In this document: piece after piece, positions 1-10,640 of the stretch
Numbering within the stretch: position 1 is the stretch's first letter
Layout of the letters: each line of letters begins with the position of its first letter
IMG/VR virus record: IMGVR_UViG_3300010413_000020
Span: 32,001 to 96,000 of that record
Direction: 5' to 3' (one strand)
DNA: 64,000 nt
Source of the DNA: a virus
The notes under the pieces: generated by a model
Database searches by the model: none
Told to the model about the DNA's origin: nothing
Seen by the model: only the letters and a program-made list of their open reading frames with translations
Made by a program: the position numbers and the translations under genes

Positions 1-1
1 C

Positions 2-373
2 GGAGATAAACATTCTACTCTTTTTCGAGGATTGTCCGGATTTTGGCAAAAGTTTTTTAAGGACGCTCCCGATATTGAGGCCTATTACCAGGCGGCAGAA
101 ATTTATCTTGGTCAGGCATATTTGGATCTCTTAGGGGCAATACTTAATATCGGAGTTGTTGATACTCCTATTTTCAACAAAGAATATTGGAAACTTTTTG
201 TTATTAAAGAGAATGAAGTCAATTTCAAACAGGGTATTACCCTTGCTGATGATAGATATATTTATGATATGCCGGGGGATATTGTTATAATACTATTTTT
301 GAACCTGAAGTATTACTTGAACGGGGTAAGAACTTTGATGTTGAAGATAATGACGGGTACATTAGGTTTGTAG
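2..373 (+). CDS. N-terminal fragment of a large baseplate/tail structural protein (5' partial; probably frameshifted near 268-287)
   Basis: The frame is open from the window edge. The frame of the next ORF is open from 268 and reads as natural protein (NTIFEPEVLLERGKNFDV...). Confidence 0.55.
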   Translation, partial: GDKHSTLFRGLSGFWQKFFKDAPDIEAYYQAAEIYLGQAYLDLLGAILNIGVVDTPIFNKEYWKLFVIKENEVNFKQGITLADDRYIYDMPGDIVIILFLNLKYYLNGVRTLMLKIMTGTLGL

Positions 374-1425
374 ATGACCCATTTAAGGGAGTACAAGACA
401 TTGAGGGTAACTGGTTACCTACGCCAGGAGTGGCTTGGAGAAGTGTACGAATACAGGTAGGCAATCAATTTACTGATACGGAAAAAACAGGGTCATGGGA
501 AGATGATTTAGGAATTCGTCGAGGGGATGACCTTCGTATTTTAGCACACCAAGGAACACTTTTACGAGAAGGTTTTAGTGGACAGCCAACTGAAGGATCT
601 TTCAATTTTTTAGGTCCTGGTAGTTATACGTTCACAGCTACTGATGTTGGTGTCTGTAGCCCCGGAGATGTTATACGTGTCTATAATACTCCATCTCCTG
701 AAGAGCAGTTTAACGGATATTATATTGTAAAAGAAATTTTATCCCCAAATCAGGTTAGTCTGGAAGATACTGCGTTTATTCCTTGGGTGCCCAGTTTGAT
801 TGGACTGAATTGGAGACAGTACCGTTCTATATACTTTGATGAAACTTTTAAAGATTATGAGGTAGAATATTTTGAGAATGGGCAAATCGTTGGACCTGCA
901 GATAATCCTATTCCCTTAGAGTTTGGTTCACCCCTTGTTTATGCAATCGTGAGAGATGTAGCGAATCCAGATGTTATAGGATACCCGGTTAACTATACTG
1001 CTACTGCTCCTTATCCAAGCACGGATTTGGGTGTAAAACATATTATTCCTGGTTCTGTAACTGTTTTTGCGTACAACGCATTAGGCATAACGGTAGAAGA
1101 GGGTGTTGATTACACTATCGATTATTGGCGTGGAATACTTTATCAAATTTCAGATTGGAATGTCATTAGTTCTTTAGGCACTTGTAGTTTTCAATACCGC
1201 CAAGAAGTCATGTTGGCTGCTGGAGGAATTCCTACAGAAAAAACTACAGGACTTGTTAAACAAGTTTCTTATTGGGTGCCTGAAGTTTTAGTTGATCGCT
1301 TCACCCTCTGGTATGATTACGGTTCTCTATTGAATCGTTTTGAATCGTTTCGATGCATCTTCGGAGCATTATCGTGCATTTCTTCGAGGGATTATGCACC
1401 TATACATGATGGGTCCAATTCTTGA
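268..1425 (+). CDS. Middle fragment of the putative baseplate wedge-like protein (ORF track 430-1425)
   Basis: Acidic, beta-rich sequence with EEGVDYTIDY motif. A 10-nt tandem duplication at 1331-1350 shifts the frame. Confidence 0.55.
   Translation, partial: YAGGYCYNTIFEPEVLLERGKNFDVEDNDGYIRFVDDPFKGVQDIEGNWLPTPGVAWRSVRIQVGNQFTDTEKTGSWEDDLGIRRGDDLRILAHQGTLLREGFSGQPTEGSFNFLGPGSYTFTATDVGVCSPGDVIRVYNTPSPEEQFNGYYIVKEILSPNQVSLEDTAFIPWVPSLIGLNWRQYRSIYFDETFKDYEVEYFENGQIVGPADNPIPLEFGSPLVYAIVRDVANPDVIGYPVNYTATAPYPSTDLGVKHIIPGSVTVFAYNALGITVEEGVDYTIDYWRGILYQISDWNVISSLGTCSFQYRQEVMLAAGGIPTEKTTGLVKQVSYWVPEVLVDRFTLWYDYGSLLNRFESFRCIFGALSCISSRDYAPIHDGSNS
1331..1350. repeat. Exact 10-nt tandem duplication TGAATCGTTT x2 causing a frameshift
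   Basis: Seen directly. Removing one copy restores LNRFDASSEHYRAFLRGIMHLYMMGPILERIESALNVAA. Confidence 0.85.
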
Positions 1426-1445
1426 AAGAATAGAGTCTGCGCTTA

Positions 1446-2924
1446 ATGTCGCCGCTTAAACTTGAAGGGGAAATACTTCAAGGATATGATGATGGGATCG
1501 TTGCAGAAGGTTCAGATGGTACGCTGGACGAAGTCGCGGTTACTTTCAACACTCCCTCTTATGTCTTCAGTGAACAAGATGTTGGTGGTTACATAGTCTT
1601 TCCTGATCCGTTAAGCGATATCAACAAAGGTAAATTCCGTATTCTAGAAGTCATCGATTCGAATACGGTATTGTTGGAAACTGAATTTGGATTTGTTTCG
1701 GAAACGCCGATTGATTGGATACTTACACACACTTATGAGAAGGTTGTAACAACAGATAAACGGACATATACATATCCCTTTTACGTTCCTATTCGCTCGG
1801 ATGTTCAAGATTCTGCTAATTTTGGAACATTAACATTCGAAGCGTTTGAACCCTTAACTATAGCCTTCACAGTTACCGATTATTTAGAAGACCCCCATTG
1901 GTGGCATAACAAACATATTCCTTCCATTTTATGGAAAGAGACTGTGGATGGGGACACTACGCCATCTTCGGCGTCGTTGGCACGTAGGTTAGCTACGACT
2001 CAGCTTTATGAAAACGTCATCGGCCCTGATGACGATTTAAAAATTGGTGACCCTGGATTTTTTATCGGGGCAGACGATGATGGAAATGTATTGACGCCTA
2101 CTCAGACACATGGCCCAAATATAGGTTCTCCTGCGCCTATATATCGACATACCGCAGCTTTTATTTTGTTCGACCGCTATGTCAAATTGCACATGTTTTT
2201 CATTGAGATACACGAAGACTTGGAACTGACCCGACAGTTCAAGGATGATTTGGAAGAACTAGTTCTCGTTGCTAAACCCTCTTACACATATCCCTTTGTG
2301 GAGAGCAATGAGGCTTTTCTGGACGAAATAGAACTCCATTTTGGCGGGGACGAAGATGGAAAATCTGATAGTTTAGTTTTAGCCAACAACGAATTGGTTA
2401 TTGGTGATTCCGCCTTTCCTTGGAGTATAGGAGATTATTACAAGTACGATATTTCTGTTCCTATTACTGTTCCTGGAGCTCCTGATCCTGTAACAGCAGG
2501 TTACTTTTTCACACTTCCGTTACCTAATCCTACAGATAGACCCCTGACGGTTAATATCAATGCTACTGTGGGGGGAAAACCAGTTTTAGAGGGGCGTGAT
2601 TACACTGTAAACTGGCTTAAGAGTTCTCCCAATGCCTGGAGGGTAACTGCGCTAACGGATTGGGATTCTGTTAGTCCATTGACTGTGACGATAGAATTGG
2701 CCGAGGTCGATAACGTTTCGTTAACTCCTATCCCGGACACTGTAATAGGTTGGACTCCCATTTTTATAGGCGGACTCAATCCTTTCTACATTCGTAATGG
2801 GGCGTTGGACCCAGATTCTCCTACATATGCCGCAGATTGGGCAGCAGTGAGAACGGAAAATATTGACCGTCCTTTAGAGCTTAAGATAGACATCGGAGGG
2901 GGACTACCCTATACTTATCCATAA
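1446..2924 (+). CDS. C-terminal fragment of the putative baseplate/tail structural protein
   Basis: 492 aa, acidic and beta-rich; KPSYT and LEGRDYTVN motifs; tail-gene context. Confidence 0.55.
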   Translation: MSPLKLEGEILQGYDDGIVAEGSDGTLDEVAVTFNTPSYVFSEQDVGGYIVFPDPLSDINKGKFRILEVIDSNTVLLETEFGFVSETPIDWILTHTYEKVVTTDKRTYTYPFYVPIRSDVQDSANFGTLTFEAFEPLTIAFTVTDYLEDPHWWHNKHIPSILWKETVDGDTTPSSASLARRLATTQLYENVIGPDDDLKIGDPGFFIGADDDGNVLTPTQTHGPNIGSPAPIYRHTAAFILFDRYVKLHMFFIEIHEDLELTRQFKDDLEELVLVAKPSYTYPFVESNEAFLDEIELHFGGDEDGKSDSLVLANNELVIGDSAFPWSIGDYYKYDISVPITVPGAPDPVTAGYFFTLPLPNPTDRPLTVNINATVGGKPVLEGRDYTVNWLKSSPNAWRVTALTDWDSVSPLTVTIELAEVDNVSLTPIPDTVIGWTPIFIGGLNPFYIRNGALDPDSPTYAADWAAVRTENIDRPLELKIDIGGGLPYTYP

Positions 2925-2961
2925 ACGTGGGACAAGTATTAGTAGATGAAAGAGGCAGTAG

Positions 2962-3525
2962 ATGAATTCTAATATGGGTTTTAAAGATTCTCTCGAATTG
3001 TTCGGGATTTTCGATATGAAAGTCTACGATATTCGCGACGGTAAACGTAAACGAATTCGTCATATACATAAACGCAATCAGATAACAAATCAGGGTCGGG
3101 AAGTTTTGTTAGACCTTATGCGTCCTGAAACTAATAATCCTGGAGATCCTGGAAGTTTACAGGAACAGAGTAAGATTTGGTCGTTGAGTGTGGGAACCAA
3201 TGATACTCCTCCAACGATTAACGACGATGATACAACGATGGTTCAGGTTTGGAAGTCTGCTTTTGTTCCTTTTTCTGAATGTCAAGTGATTGCAACCCCT
3301 CCTAATTTATTTTTACTTCAGATTGGTAAGACTCTTCCGCAGACTTCAGCGGTTGGTTCTACGTTAACTGAGGCGGGAGTTTTTACTAGAGGTGATGACG
3401 ACGACCCGGATGTAGCATCAGGGCGGAGGTTATATGCTCGTCAAATTTATCCTCCAATAATAAAAACAGTTACGATGACAATCGAATACGATTGGAAATT
3501 AGGTATCACGATTCAGGGTTCATAG
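2962..3525 (+). CDS. Baseplate/tail-fiber-associated structural protein
   Basis: NQITNQGR...TEAGVF...ARQIYPPIIKT...IEYDW pattern typical of tail-collar/fiber-attachment proteins; GAGG SD. Confidence 0.6.
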   Translation: MNSNMGFKDSLELFGIFDMKVYDIRDGKRKRIRHIHKRNQITNQGREVLLDLMRPETNNPGDPGSLQEQSKIWSLSVGTNDTPPTINDDDTTMVQVWKSAFVPFSECQVIATPPNLFLLQIGKTLPQTSAVGSTLTEAGVFTRGDDDDPDVASGRRLYARQIYPPIIKTVTMTIEYDWKLGITIQGS

Positions 3526-3536
3526 GAGAAAGTTCG

Positions 3537-4142
3537 ATGGCAAAACAACGAATAGATTTTGAACATGGCGGACCAATAACTGGTGACTCTGGAGAACGAG
3601 GTGATACCGCAATAGGCGAAGATTCTATTAAGCCCACTAACGACGGCGAAAGTGCTGTTGCATCTAATTTCAATCGTCCTGGTGAAAATGTGCGGCAACG
3701 TACCGAGAGATTACGTGACGCCGGGGAAAATCAAATGTACCTCCAGGACCAAATGAAATGGATTATTACGGCAGGGCGGGCGGATGGTTATGCCAACGGT
3801 GAACCGATTCCTGGAGTAGAAAATTGGGACCCGATGACTGGTATTTTTGAAATTACCGAGAATTTGGTTCTCCAACCATTGAATACCCCTAAAGAAGATT
3901 TGCAGGAGACAAAAGAGTGGACCTTTACCGGGACTCCTGATGCTGTGGTTTCAGTTAAACCGCTTTTAGATGGAGTTGATGCTTATAAATCTAAAAGAGC
4001 GTATAACCACGCTAATCTTCTTCAGGTGGTATGGTTGGAGGCTGATCCCGGTGATTTGTCTGGGGCGGTCGTAGCGGGTTACTGTGATGTAACAGTAGAG
4101 ATGATGGACAAACTCAAGTTTCTCATATTCAGACGGCATTGA
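3537..4142 (+). CDS. Tail fiber-like protein, N-terminal fragment
   Basis: AGGAG SD before ATG 3537; the downstream frame is open from 4088, suggesting a frameshift. Confidence 0.5.
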   Translation: MAKQRIDFEHGGPITGDSGERGDTAIGEDSIKPTNDGESAVASNFNRPGENVRQRTERLRDAGENQMYLQDQMKWIITAGRADGYANGEPIPGVENWDPMTGIFEITENLVLQPLNTPKEDLQETKEWTFTGTPDAVVSVKPLLDGVDAYKSKRAYNHANLLQVVWLEADPGDLSGAVVAGYCDVTVEMMDKLKFLIFRRH

Positions 4143-5593
4143 ATGCCGTTGATGCCATTCTTTTAGAACCTAACGGAATTCAACAGAGTGTTACGGGAGA
4201 TTTATCGGTACAGATTGATTACTCTGCTGATGTTGATCCTAAAGAATATGAATTTTCTGGAACATTTGAACGAGAACTTCATTATATGACTCCAGCATTG
4301 TTTGCTGATTTCTTTTTGGTTCCGGCGAATGCTCTTGATGATGGTGACACTCTGGCCATTTGGTTTGAAGAATTTATTGACGATGGGACGATGGACCCAC
4401 CTACGGGGCGTAGACAAGCTATTCCTTCTAATTCAAATACAACAGTGGGCACTGGCGTTGGAGAACTCTTCAAAACAACTCTTTATCCTGAACGCATACC
4501 TCTTGCTATTCCTCTTTGTAAACGCATTGGAGATTACCTCTTTTGGATAGATGGTACAGTTATTAGTCCTGATCAGACAGAACCTGTACCGTTTGGGATA
4601 AACGGGGCAACTCTTTATGATTTGCCCGTTCCTATTACGGGAGAGTGGTTTGATGTAGGAAGTCCTCCTGCGTGGGTACCTGCGTCAATTACTGAATCTT
4701 TTGACAATATAATCAACGATCTTGCTACAGCTACATCTCCACTTTCTGGAGCTGATTTAATAGGAAAAAAAGAACTTACTTCGGGTTCAGGCGATGAATC
4801 AGCTAATCCTTTATGGTTTGGTGGTGAATACAGCATTGGTGATTGGTTGGATGCTATGCTTGCTATTCTTAATAAAAAACCATCACTTACTGGAAGCGCT
4901 GAAAGTATACATAATATTTGGAACTTTTTAACAAAGATTAAATTATCAGGAGCTAATGCTGCTTTTATCGAAGGAGCAGATGCGGATACCTGGACGGGGG
5001 ATACTGTTAAATTATTTGAGTCTCTTCCATTCGGAGGTAGCGGTGTTGCTATTAGGGTTTATTATTCCGAACATGGTATTAAACTTTGTATAAACTGTAG
5101 TTTTAATGGAGCAACCGGACAGTATACACGAGATGTTGCCAGTCCCTATAGGTCTATGGTTATTGAGATCACTGATCGTCATATTTATTTTAGAAACAAG
5201 CACTATGCTGAAGCAAGTCCTTGGACCGATGCGAATTGGACAACATATTTAAATTGGGATTCTTTTGAGAGTCATGCTTATTTCAGTAATGAAGGAGATG
5301 CTTCAGATTATGTTAGGGCAGGACTATTTGGAAAAGAATATCATGGTAGTGCGAGTGTATACCTCTATGATGGGGAAGCTGTAACTTGGCATTCTCGTAT
5401 TGGGGATATTGTTGATACGGATGTTTATGCGTATGAAGATGATAATACAAATTGGGATACTTCAGGTACTGCTACGGTGAATTTAGACCATGTAGATCCC
5501 TGGGGTTGTTGGATTTCTGGGCATAGTAATGCCGTAGGTGCTTATCTGATTGCACAATGGGTAGGTTGGATTGAAGTATTTGTAAATGTCTAG
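4088..5593 (+). CDS. Tail fiber/receptor-binding-like protein, C-terminal fragment (ORF track 4139-5593)
   Basis: TTG start with no SD; W/Y/G/D-rich beta-type C-terminus; SGADLIG motif. Confidence 0.5.
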   Translation, partial: CNSRDDGQTQVSHIQTALNAVDAILLEPNGIQQSVTGDLSVQIDYSADVDPKEYEFSGTFERELHYMTPALFADFFLVPANALDDGDTLAIWFEEFIDDGTMDPPTGRRQAIPSNSNTTVGTGVGELFKTTLYPERIPLAIPLCKRIGDYLFWIDGTVISPDQTEPVPFGINGATLYDLPVPITGEWFDVGSPPAWVPASITESFDNIINDLATATSPLSGADLIGKKELTSGSGDESANPLWFGGEYSIGDWLDAMLAILNKKPSLTGSAESIHNIWNFLTKIKLSGANAAFIEGADADTWTGDTVKLFESLPFGGSGVAIRVYYSEHGIKLCINCSFNGATGQYTRDVASPYRSMVIEITDRHIYFRNKHYAEASPWTDANWTTYLNWDSFESHAYFSNEGDASDYVRAGLFGKEYHGSASVYLYDGEAVTWHSRIGDIVDTDVYAYEDDNTNWDTSGTATVNLDHVDPWGCWISGHSNAVGAYLIAQWVGWIEVFVNV

Positions 5594-5602
5594 GAGGATA
5601 AC

Positions 5603-6031
5603 ATGCCTATATATTCGATAAATGAAACGCAAGTAGTTGTAGATTGCGACGGTTGTAGGCGTCGGGAATACACAGAAATACGCCAAACCTATGCTATTGC
5701 AGATATACGAATTTACGCAGGTAAAGGAAACGATGCCAAGGTATACATGAAGTTTCCGCCTTGTCCACAATGTGGAGGGACTATGTTTTGTCAACCACCT
5801 CCGGAAACAGATTCTGTAGTTGCGCACATTAAAAGATGTTTGGCAGCTAAATTAGTAAGAGATAATTTGGTAAATTACGATTTAGAGGCTACGCAAGACC
5901 AGATAGACGAAGACGATGCTAAACTTGCTGCAAATGTTAGTTCTCTCAATTCATTTTATACCAACAAAGGGAACTCTACGCTTACAAATGAATTTAATGG
6001 AACCAACTCCTTAGATATTTCCAACGGCTAA
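5603..6031 (+). CDS. Hypothetical protein with two CxxC motifs
   Basis: AGGAGG SD; CDGC...CPQC; follows the fiber gene. Confidence 0.7.
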   Translation: MPIYSINETQVVVDCDGCRRREYTEIRQTYAIADIRIYAGKGNDAKVYMKFPPCPQCGGTMFCQPPPETDSVVAHIKRCLAAKLVRDNLVNYDLEATQDQIDEDDAKLAANVSSLNSFYTNKGNSTLTNEFNGTNSLDISNG

Positions 6032-6033
6032 TC

Positions 6034-6060
6034 AAAATAAAACCCCCAGTTTCCTGGGGG
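6034..6060 (-). terminator. Rho-independent terminator between convergent genes
   Basis: CCCCCAG-TTTC-CTGGGGG hairpin with an A-tract on its left (U-tract on the - strand). Confidence 0.7.
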
Positions 6061-6067
6061 CCTCCTC

Positions 6068-6277
6068 CTACAGAGGAGTATCTAATCCAGACATTTCTAC
6101 AGGGAAGAATTGACCATCCTCTCCACGTTTGAAGAGGACGCGTACGGCGGGTGCGTTTCCGATGCAGACATCACAGAATCCTCCGGCAGGATTACCCCGA
6201 TGGGTAAATTCTAAGGAATCGGGACCTATGTCGTTATTACAGTCTTCGTTTGAACATTTATTGGGGTCTTTGCTCAT
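6068..6277 (-). CDS. Small Cys-rich (zinc-finger-like) hypothetical protein
   Basis: AGGAG SD before ATG 6277; CSNEDC...CDVC. Confidence 0.65.
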   Translation of the reverse strand: MSKDPNKCSNEDCNNDIGPDSLEFTHRGNPAGGFCDVCIGNAPAVRVLFKRGEDGQFFPVEMSGLDTPL

Positions 6278-6285
6278 GGTTTCTC

Positions 6286-8958
6286 CTAACTGCATACTCC
6301 GCTCGAGTACGCACAGTTGCTGCAGAAATAGCAAGCTCCTGCTTTACGTAATAGCTCGCCGCATTCTGGACAGGGGTTAGCGTTAATATCAAACGTTCCT
6401 TTATCGGGAGGAATTGAATCAGAACTAGTGATTATAGCCAGTCCATCTTTCTTTTTGCCGTCTAAATATCTCTTTCTAAGCCATTTAGCGATGTAATCTA
6501 ATAACGAACTCGCAGTATGGATGTCTCTTTGATTGGTGAGACCCGATGGTTCAAACTTGGTTCCTTCCATGTCAGACAGAAGTACTTCCAAAGGAACTCC
6601 ATATTGCAAAGATTTGGAAAATTGTTTGAAGAAACTGTCTAAAAGTCCATGAACGGTTGCTCCCGGATTTGCGACTCGAACGAATACTTCAATTAGTTCA
6701 CCTGTTTCTTCATCATATCCAGGATGAATAAATCCTTCAGTGCTTCCTATGGCAAATTTATGTCTACGGGCGGGCAAGTCGTTGGCGGGTTTATTACGTG
6801 TTGGCGCTTGTTTTTCTTTAGCTCGGATTTGCGTTTCTTGGACACGGAGGGGTTCACTCATCTTACTACCTTTACGATAAACGGTAATGCATTTGAGTCC
6901 ACTTTCCCAAGCCTGTAAGAAGGTGCGTTCTACGTCTTTAACTGTAGCTTTGTTGGGCATATTAAATGTTTTGGATACTGCTCCAGAAAGAAAGGGTTGA
7001 ACCGCGGCTATCATCTTTATATGTCCTTCGACAGAGATACTCCGTGTTCCTGGATTATACTCATGGTCAGCAGGAATAGCGCAGTCAAAAACAGCTAGAT
7101 GCTCGTCTTTTAATGGGGAACCTCCTTCAACGTGTCCATATATTTTAATATAATCTTCTATTTCCTTGATATCGGATTTGGAATACCCAAGATTTTCAAG
7201 AGCAGTTCTTACTAAAGAGTTGGAGTATTGGAGTTCACCGCCTCCAACTAACTTTTTGAATTTCTGCAATCCTACATCTGGCTCGATTCCGGTAGTGTCG
7301 CAGTCCATCATAAAAGAAATTGTACCGGTTGGAGCGAGTAATGTTACTTGGCAATTCCGAAATCCATGAGCTTTTTCTACTGATTTTCGTCTACCAAATC
7401 CGATTCCCATGACGTCTCGCCAAGTGCTAACTGCGGCACTTTGAATTCCCGCAATATCTTTGGGCACTTCCTTTGCTCGAGTATAATGCCGCGATAACAC
7501 GTTTTCCATGGGCCCCGCATTATCCGCATATTCCGCGAATGGGCCCATTTCTCCGGCCAATTCCATGCTGGTGTGGTACGCTGTAGCAGTCATCAAGCTA
7601 GTAATATTGGCAGCGAGTGTTCTACCGTTATCACTATCGTAAGGAAGACCCCAGGCCATCAACAACCCTCCGAGATTTGCATAACCTAATCCTAACGGTC
7701 TGAATTTGCTGCTGTTTTTCTGGATTGTTTTGGTAGGATATCCTGCTAGGTCTACAATAATATCTTGTGCGATAATGAGTATCCGAACTACGTGTTGAAA
7801 AGTTTCGATGTCGAATTCCCATTTATTAGATGCGAATTTGTAAAGATTGATACTTGCAAGGTTACAGGCGCTGTCGTTTAACCACATGAACTCAGAACAA
7901 GGATTACTTGCCTCGATAACCCCACTATTTGCACAAGTGTTCATCTGATTGATTGTATCATGAAATTGAATACCTGGATCGCCACACCGCCACGCGCACT
8001 TTGCCATTTCATTGAATAGTTCTCGGATAGATATTGTTTTGGAAATTCTGCCGTTTATTCGATTGGTTAATTCCCAATCTATATCTTTACCGTAGTGTAA
8101 TACGTCACGGACTTTTTCCATGAACTTATCAGTGACTCTTATTGAGTTATTTCCACTCTGGTGCTTTGCATGAAGATACGCGCTATCTGGAGCATTAAAT
8201 TCGGCGTTCATTCCTTCCATTACTAACTTTTCAACAATGGCCTCTTCTTCTGCTTTACAACGTATGAATTCCAAAATATCAGGATGGTCTGCGTTTAGTA
8301 TAACCATTCGTGCAGAACGCCGTGTCTTGCCACCAGACATAATAACATTCGCAAAAGAATCATAGCCTTCCATAAATGAGACAGGTCCGGATGCGAAACC
8401 TCCTCCCCTCACACGTTCATGAGAACTGCGTAAATTTGACAGATTGATTCCGCTGCCTGAACCTTCTTTGAAAATCATAGAAGCGATAGTTGCATAATCC
8501 ATAATAGAGTGCATGTTGTCTTCTACTTTGTTAATAAAGCAGGCGGCACATTGCGCTTTTCGATTTCCTGGAACAACGCCCAGGTTAAACCAGACTGGAC
8601 TATTAAACGATGCCATTTGATTAAGTAAGATACAGCGAAGTTCATCTGCGAAAATTTCGGAGTTTAATTCATCGAAATAGCCCTGTGCGCGTCCGGAAAG
8701 ACGTAAGGCTTTTACTACTCGTTCAATTATCTCCTTCAGGCTCGTTTCTTTATCTATGGAATTATGTGCTTCACGAAAATATTTGTTGGCAGTAATTCTT
8801 CGTGCGACTGGGGACCAAGTGGATGGAAATTCGGCTTTGGGACAATAATATGTGACTTCTCCTTTGGTATTGGTAACTTTGATTTCTTCGGTTTCCCACA
8901 CGATATCGTCATATGGGTCCTTTCGTTCGTCTGATAGAACGCGCACAAACTCCAACAT
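6286..8958 (-). CDS. nrdJ: Class II (adenosylcobalamin-dependent) ribonucleotide reductase
   Basis: FNSPVWFN, CAACF, SNPCSE, ACNLASINL, APTGTIS and SGAVSKT motifs; C-terminal TSCPD-like domain and zinc ribbon. Confidence 0.95.
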   Translation of the reverse strand: MLEFVRVLSDERKDPYDDIVWETEEIKVTNTKGEVTYYCPKAEFPSTWSPVARRITANKYFREAHNSIDKETSLKEIIERVVKALRLSGRAQGYFDELNSEIFADELRCILLNQMASFNSPVWFNLGVVPGNRKAQCAACFINKVEDNMHSIMDYATIASMIFKEGSGSGINLSNLRSSHERVRGGGFASGPVSFMEGYDSFANVIMSGGKTRRSARMVILNADHPDILEFIRCKAEEEAIVEKLVMEGMNAEFNAPDSAYLHAKHQSGNNSIRVTDKFMEKVRDVLHYGKDIDWELTNRINGRISKTISIRELFNEMAKCAWRCGDPGIQFHDTINQMNTCANSGVIEASNPCSEFMWLNDSACNLASINLYKFASNKWEFDIETFQHVVRILIIAQDIIVDLAGYPTKTIQKNSSKFRPLGLGYANLGGLLMAWGLPYDSDNGRTLAANITSLMTATAYHTSMELAGEMGPFAEYADNAGPMENVLSRHYTRAKEVPKDIAGIQSAAVSTWRDVMGIGFGRRKSVEKAHGFRNCQVTLLAPTGTISFMMDCDTTGIEPDVGLQKFKKLVGGGELQYSNSLVRTALENLGYSKSDIKEIEDYIKIYGHVEGGSPLKDEHLAVFDCAIPADHEYNPGTRSISVEGHIKMIAAVQPFLSGAVSKTFNMPNKATVKDVERTFLQAWESGLKCITVYRKGSKMSEPLRVQETQIRAKEKQAPTRNKPANDLPARRHKFAIGSTEGFIHPGYDEETGELIEVFVRVANPGATVHGLLDSFFKQFSKSLQYGVPLEVLLSDMEGTKFEPSGLTNQRDIHTASSLLDYIAKWLRKRYLDGKKKDGLAIITSSDSIPPDKGTFDINANPCPECGELLRKAGACYFCSNCAYSSGVCS

Positions 8959-8968
8959 TCTTACCTCC

Positions 8969-9562
8969 TCAGATATTTAGTTCTCTGCCCCCGCGGGGCG
9001 ATTTGGTTTTCGGTTTAGACATTTCCCTTATACCTTGTATTGCTTCCAATTGTTTACGCGTTAAGGTAATTTTAAAGGGCTCGTCAAGTGCCAGCGCTAG
9101 TTCTGCCAACCATGCGGCGTCAGCTTCGTCCTCTGATAATGGACCCCATAACGGGTAGGCACTTTGTATTAACTTCTCTTTCTTGGCTGAACCATTGCCT
9201 GTAGCAAATTTTTTAAGAGAGGTGGGAGGTATACCTGTTGGTGGGTGTTCCCCTAAGTCTGTTAAGAGAACTTTAAAAACACCGCGTACTTCGCCTAGTT
9301 TATCGGCTTGGTTTACACTGTAAATAGAGGGGTCTTCTACGGTACTTCCTGCAAGTGGAACATCCCCAAATTCCTTAATAAAATCTTCGGCTTGGTTTCG
9401 TAGATATTGTAAACGCAATGCTTCATCTGTGTTTGCACTGGTTTTGATTAAACGAGTTTTTCGTATCCATAACCCCTCAGGGGGACAACTGATAACAGCA
9501 ATCCCAGTACTTCTGATTGATGGGTCAATCCCCACGTAGTTTCTTGACCTAAATGCTCGCAT
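8969..9562 (-). CDS. ruvC: RuvC-like Holliday junction resolvase
   Basis: GIDPS...VED...LKKFATGNGSAKKE...DEADA. Confidence 0.9.
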   Translation of the reverse strand: MRAFRSRNYVGIDPSIRSTGIAVISCPPEGLWIRKTRLIKTSANTDEALRLQYLRNQAEDFIKEFGDVPLAGSTVEDPSIYSVNQADKLGEVRGVFKVLLTDLGEHPPTGIPPTSLKKFATGNGSAKKEKLIQSAYPLWGPLSEDEADAAWLAELALALDEPFKITLTRKQLEAIQGIREMSKPKTKSPRGGRELNI

Positions 9563-9603
9563 AGCCTACTATTTTTGACAGACTTCAATCGGAAGGTCAA
9601 CCA

Positions 9604-10269
9604 ATGAGTAATGGACAACTTACTTTAGAATATCAAAAAAATAATGTTCCTTCTGTGGGCTATTTCATGAAGACGATCATGAAAGTTTCAGGTACGGACC
9701 CCGCAGACTTATATGATTGTTTGGTTGTTAATAAAGGTGATGCGGGTACTGATGAAGTAATTGCTCGTGTTGCCACTTTCATAGAGATTTTTTCCTCACC
9801 ATTAGACCTTCTTCCAAATACTGTAAATCTTTTTAGTTCACCGTCGCTTCCTGGAGGTATCGCTCCTGGAGATTTAATTCATTTTGGAGCGGGGGTAGGT
9901 TTAGTGATGCCCCCCATTTGGCAACATATCTATGGGCTGACTTCATTAACCGTTGAAGTGGCTACTGTAATTTCTCCTACGGAAGTTTCTTTGGTTTCTC
10001 CCTGCCCTGCATTTGCCCGGAACATTCCTTTTCAGTATGAAAAAATATCACCTCCGGGAACAACAAATGCTGTTGATGGCTTAGCTAACCGCGATTTTAG
10101 TGGAGTAGTTGGGAGCTTTTTCCGTACCCAGGAGCACGGCGATATGTGGAGCTCATTTGCCGCAGCGGATAATAAATATCAAGCCCTTAGGGCTGAGGCC
10201 CAATCTCTTGTAGATGCCTACAATGAAGATCGTTACAGTGGAGATATAGAGGAGACCTACGAATCATGA
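9604..10269 (+). CDS. Hypothetical, probably structural protein (paralog of the next two genes)
   Basis: 221-aa ORF; shares IARVAT-like motif and C-terminal helix with its neighbours. Confidence 0.65.
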   Translation: MSNGQLTLEYQKNNVPSVGYFMKTIMKVSGTDPADLYDCLVVNKGDAGTDEVIARVATFIEIFSSPLDLLPNTVNLFSSPSLPGGIAPGDLIHFGAGVGLVMPPIWQHIYGLTSLTVEVATVISPTEVSLVSPCPAFARNIPFQYEKISPPGTTNAVDGLANRDFSGVVGSFFRTQEHGDMWSSFAAADNKYQALRAEAQSLVDAYNEDRYSGDIEETYES

Positions 10270-10640
10270 CCGTTAAAATAGAAATACATCAATCCCGTAC
10301 GGTGGTGGCAGGTCCTCTTTATCGAGTTTTTACTGAAGTAGTACATTCGATAGGAATTGACCGAAAGATTTTTGTTTTTAACAAAGATACTGAAGAATTT
10401 TCGCATGTGGCGACTACCTGGGATATGGAAAGTTTGCCAGGGTCTTTAGCCGAAGCGCAAGCAAGTAGTGAAATCGAATATTATCGGGACAACCACTGTA
10501 CCAAGGACTATGAAGATGCGACGGACGCTGCAGCTTTTGCCGTTTATACACGTGGGCGTGTGGAATATTTAGTTAATCAATATGCGGAAATGCAAACCGA
10601 CTTCATAGGTGAAGGCGACTATGAGTATGTGAGCGAGTAA
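10266..10640 (+). CDS. Hypothetical, probably structural protein
   Basis: ATGA overlap; IFVFN...FSHVAT motif. Confidence 0.7.
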   Translation: MTVKIEIHQSRTVVAGPLYRVFTEVVHSIGIDRKIFVFNKDTEEFSHVATTWDMESLPGSLAEAQASSEIEYYRDNHCTKDYEDATDAAAFAVYTRGRVEYLVNQYAEMQTDFIGEGDYEYVSE

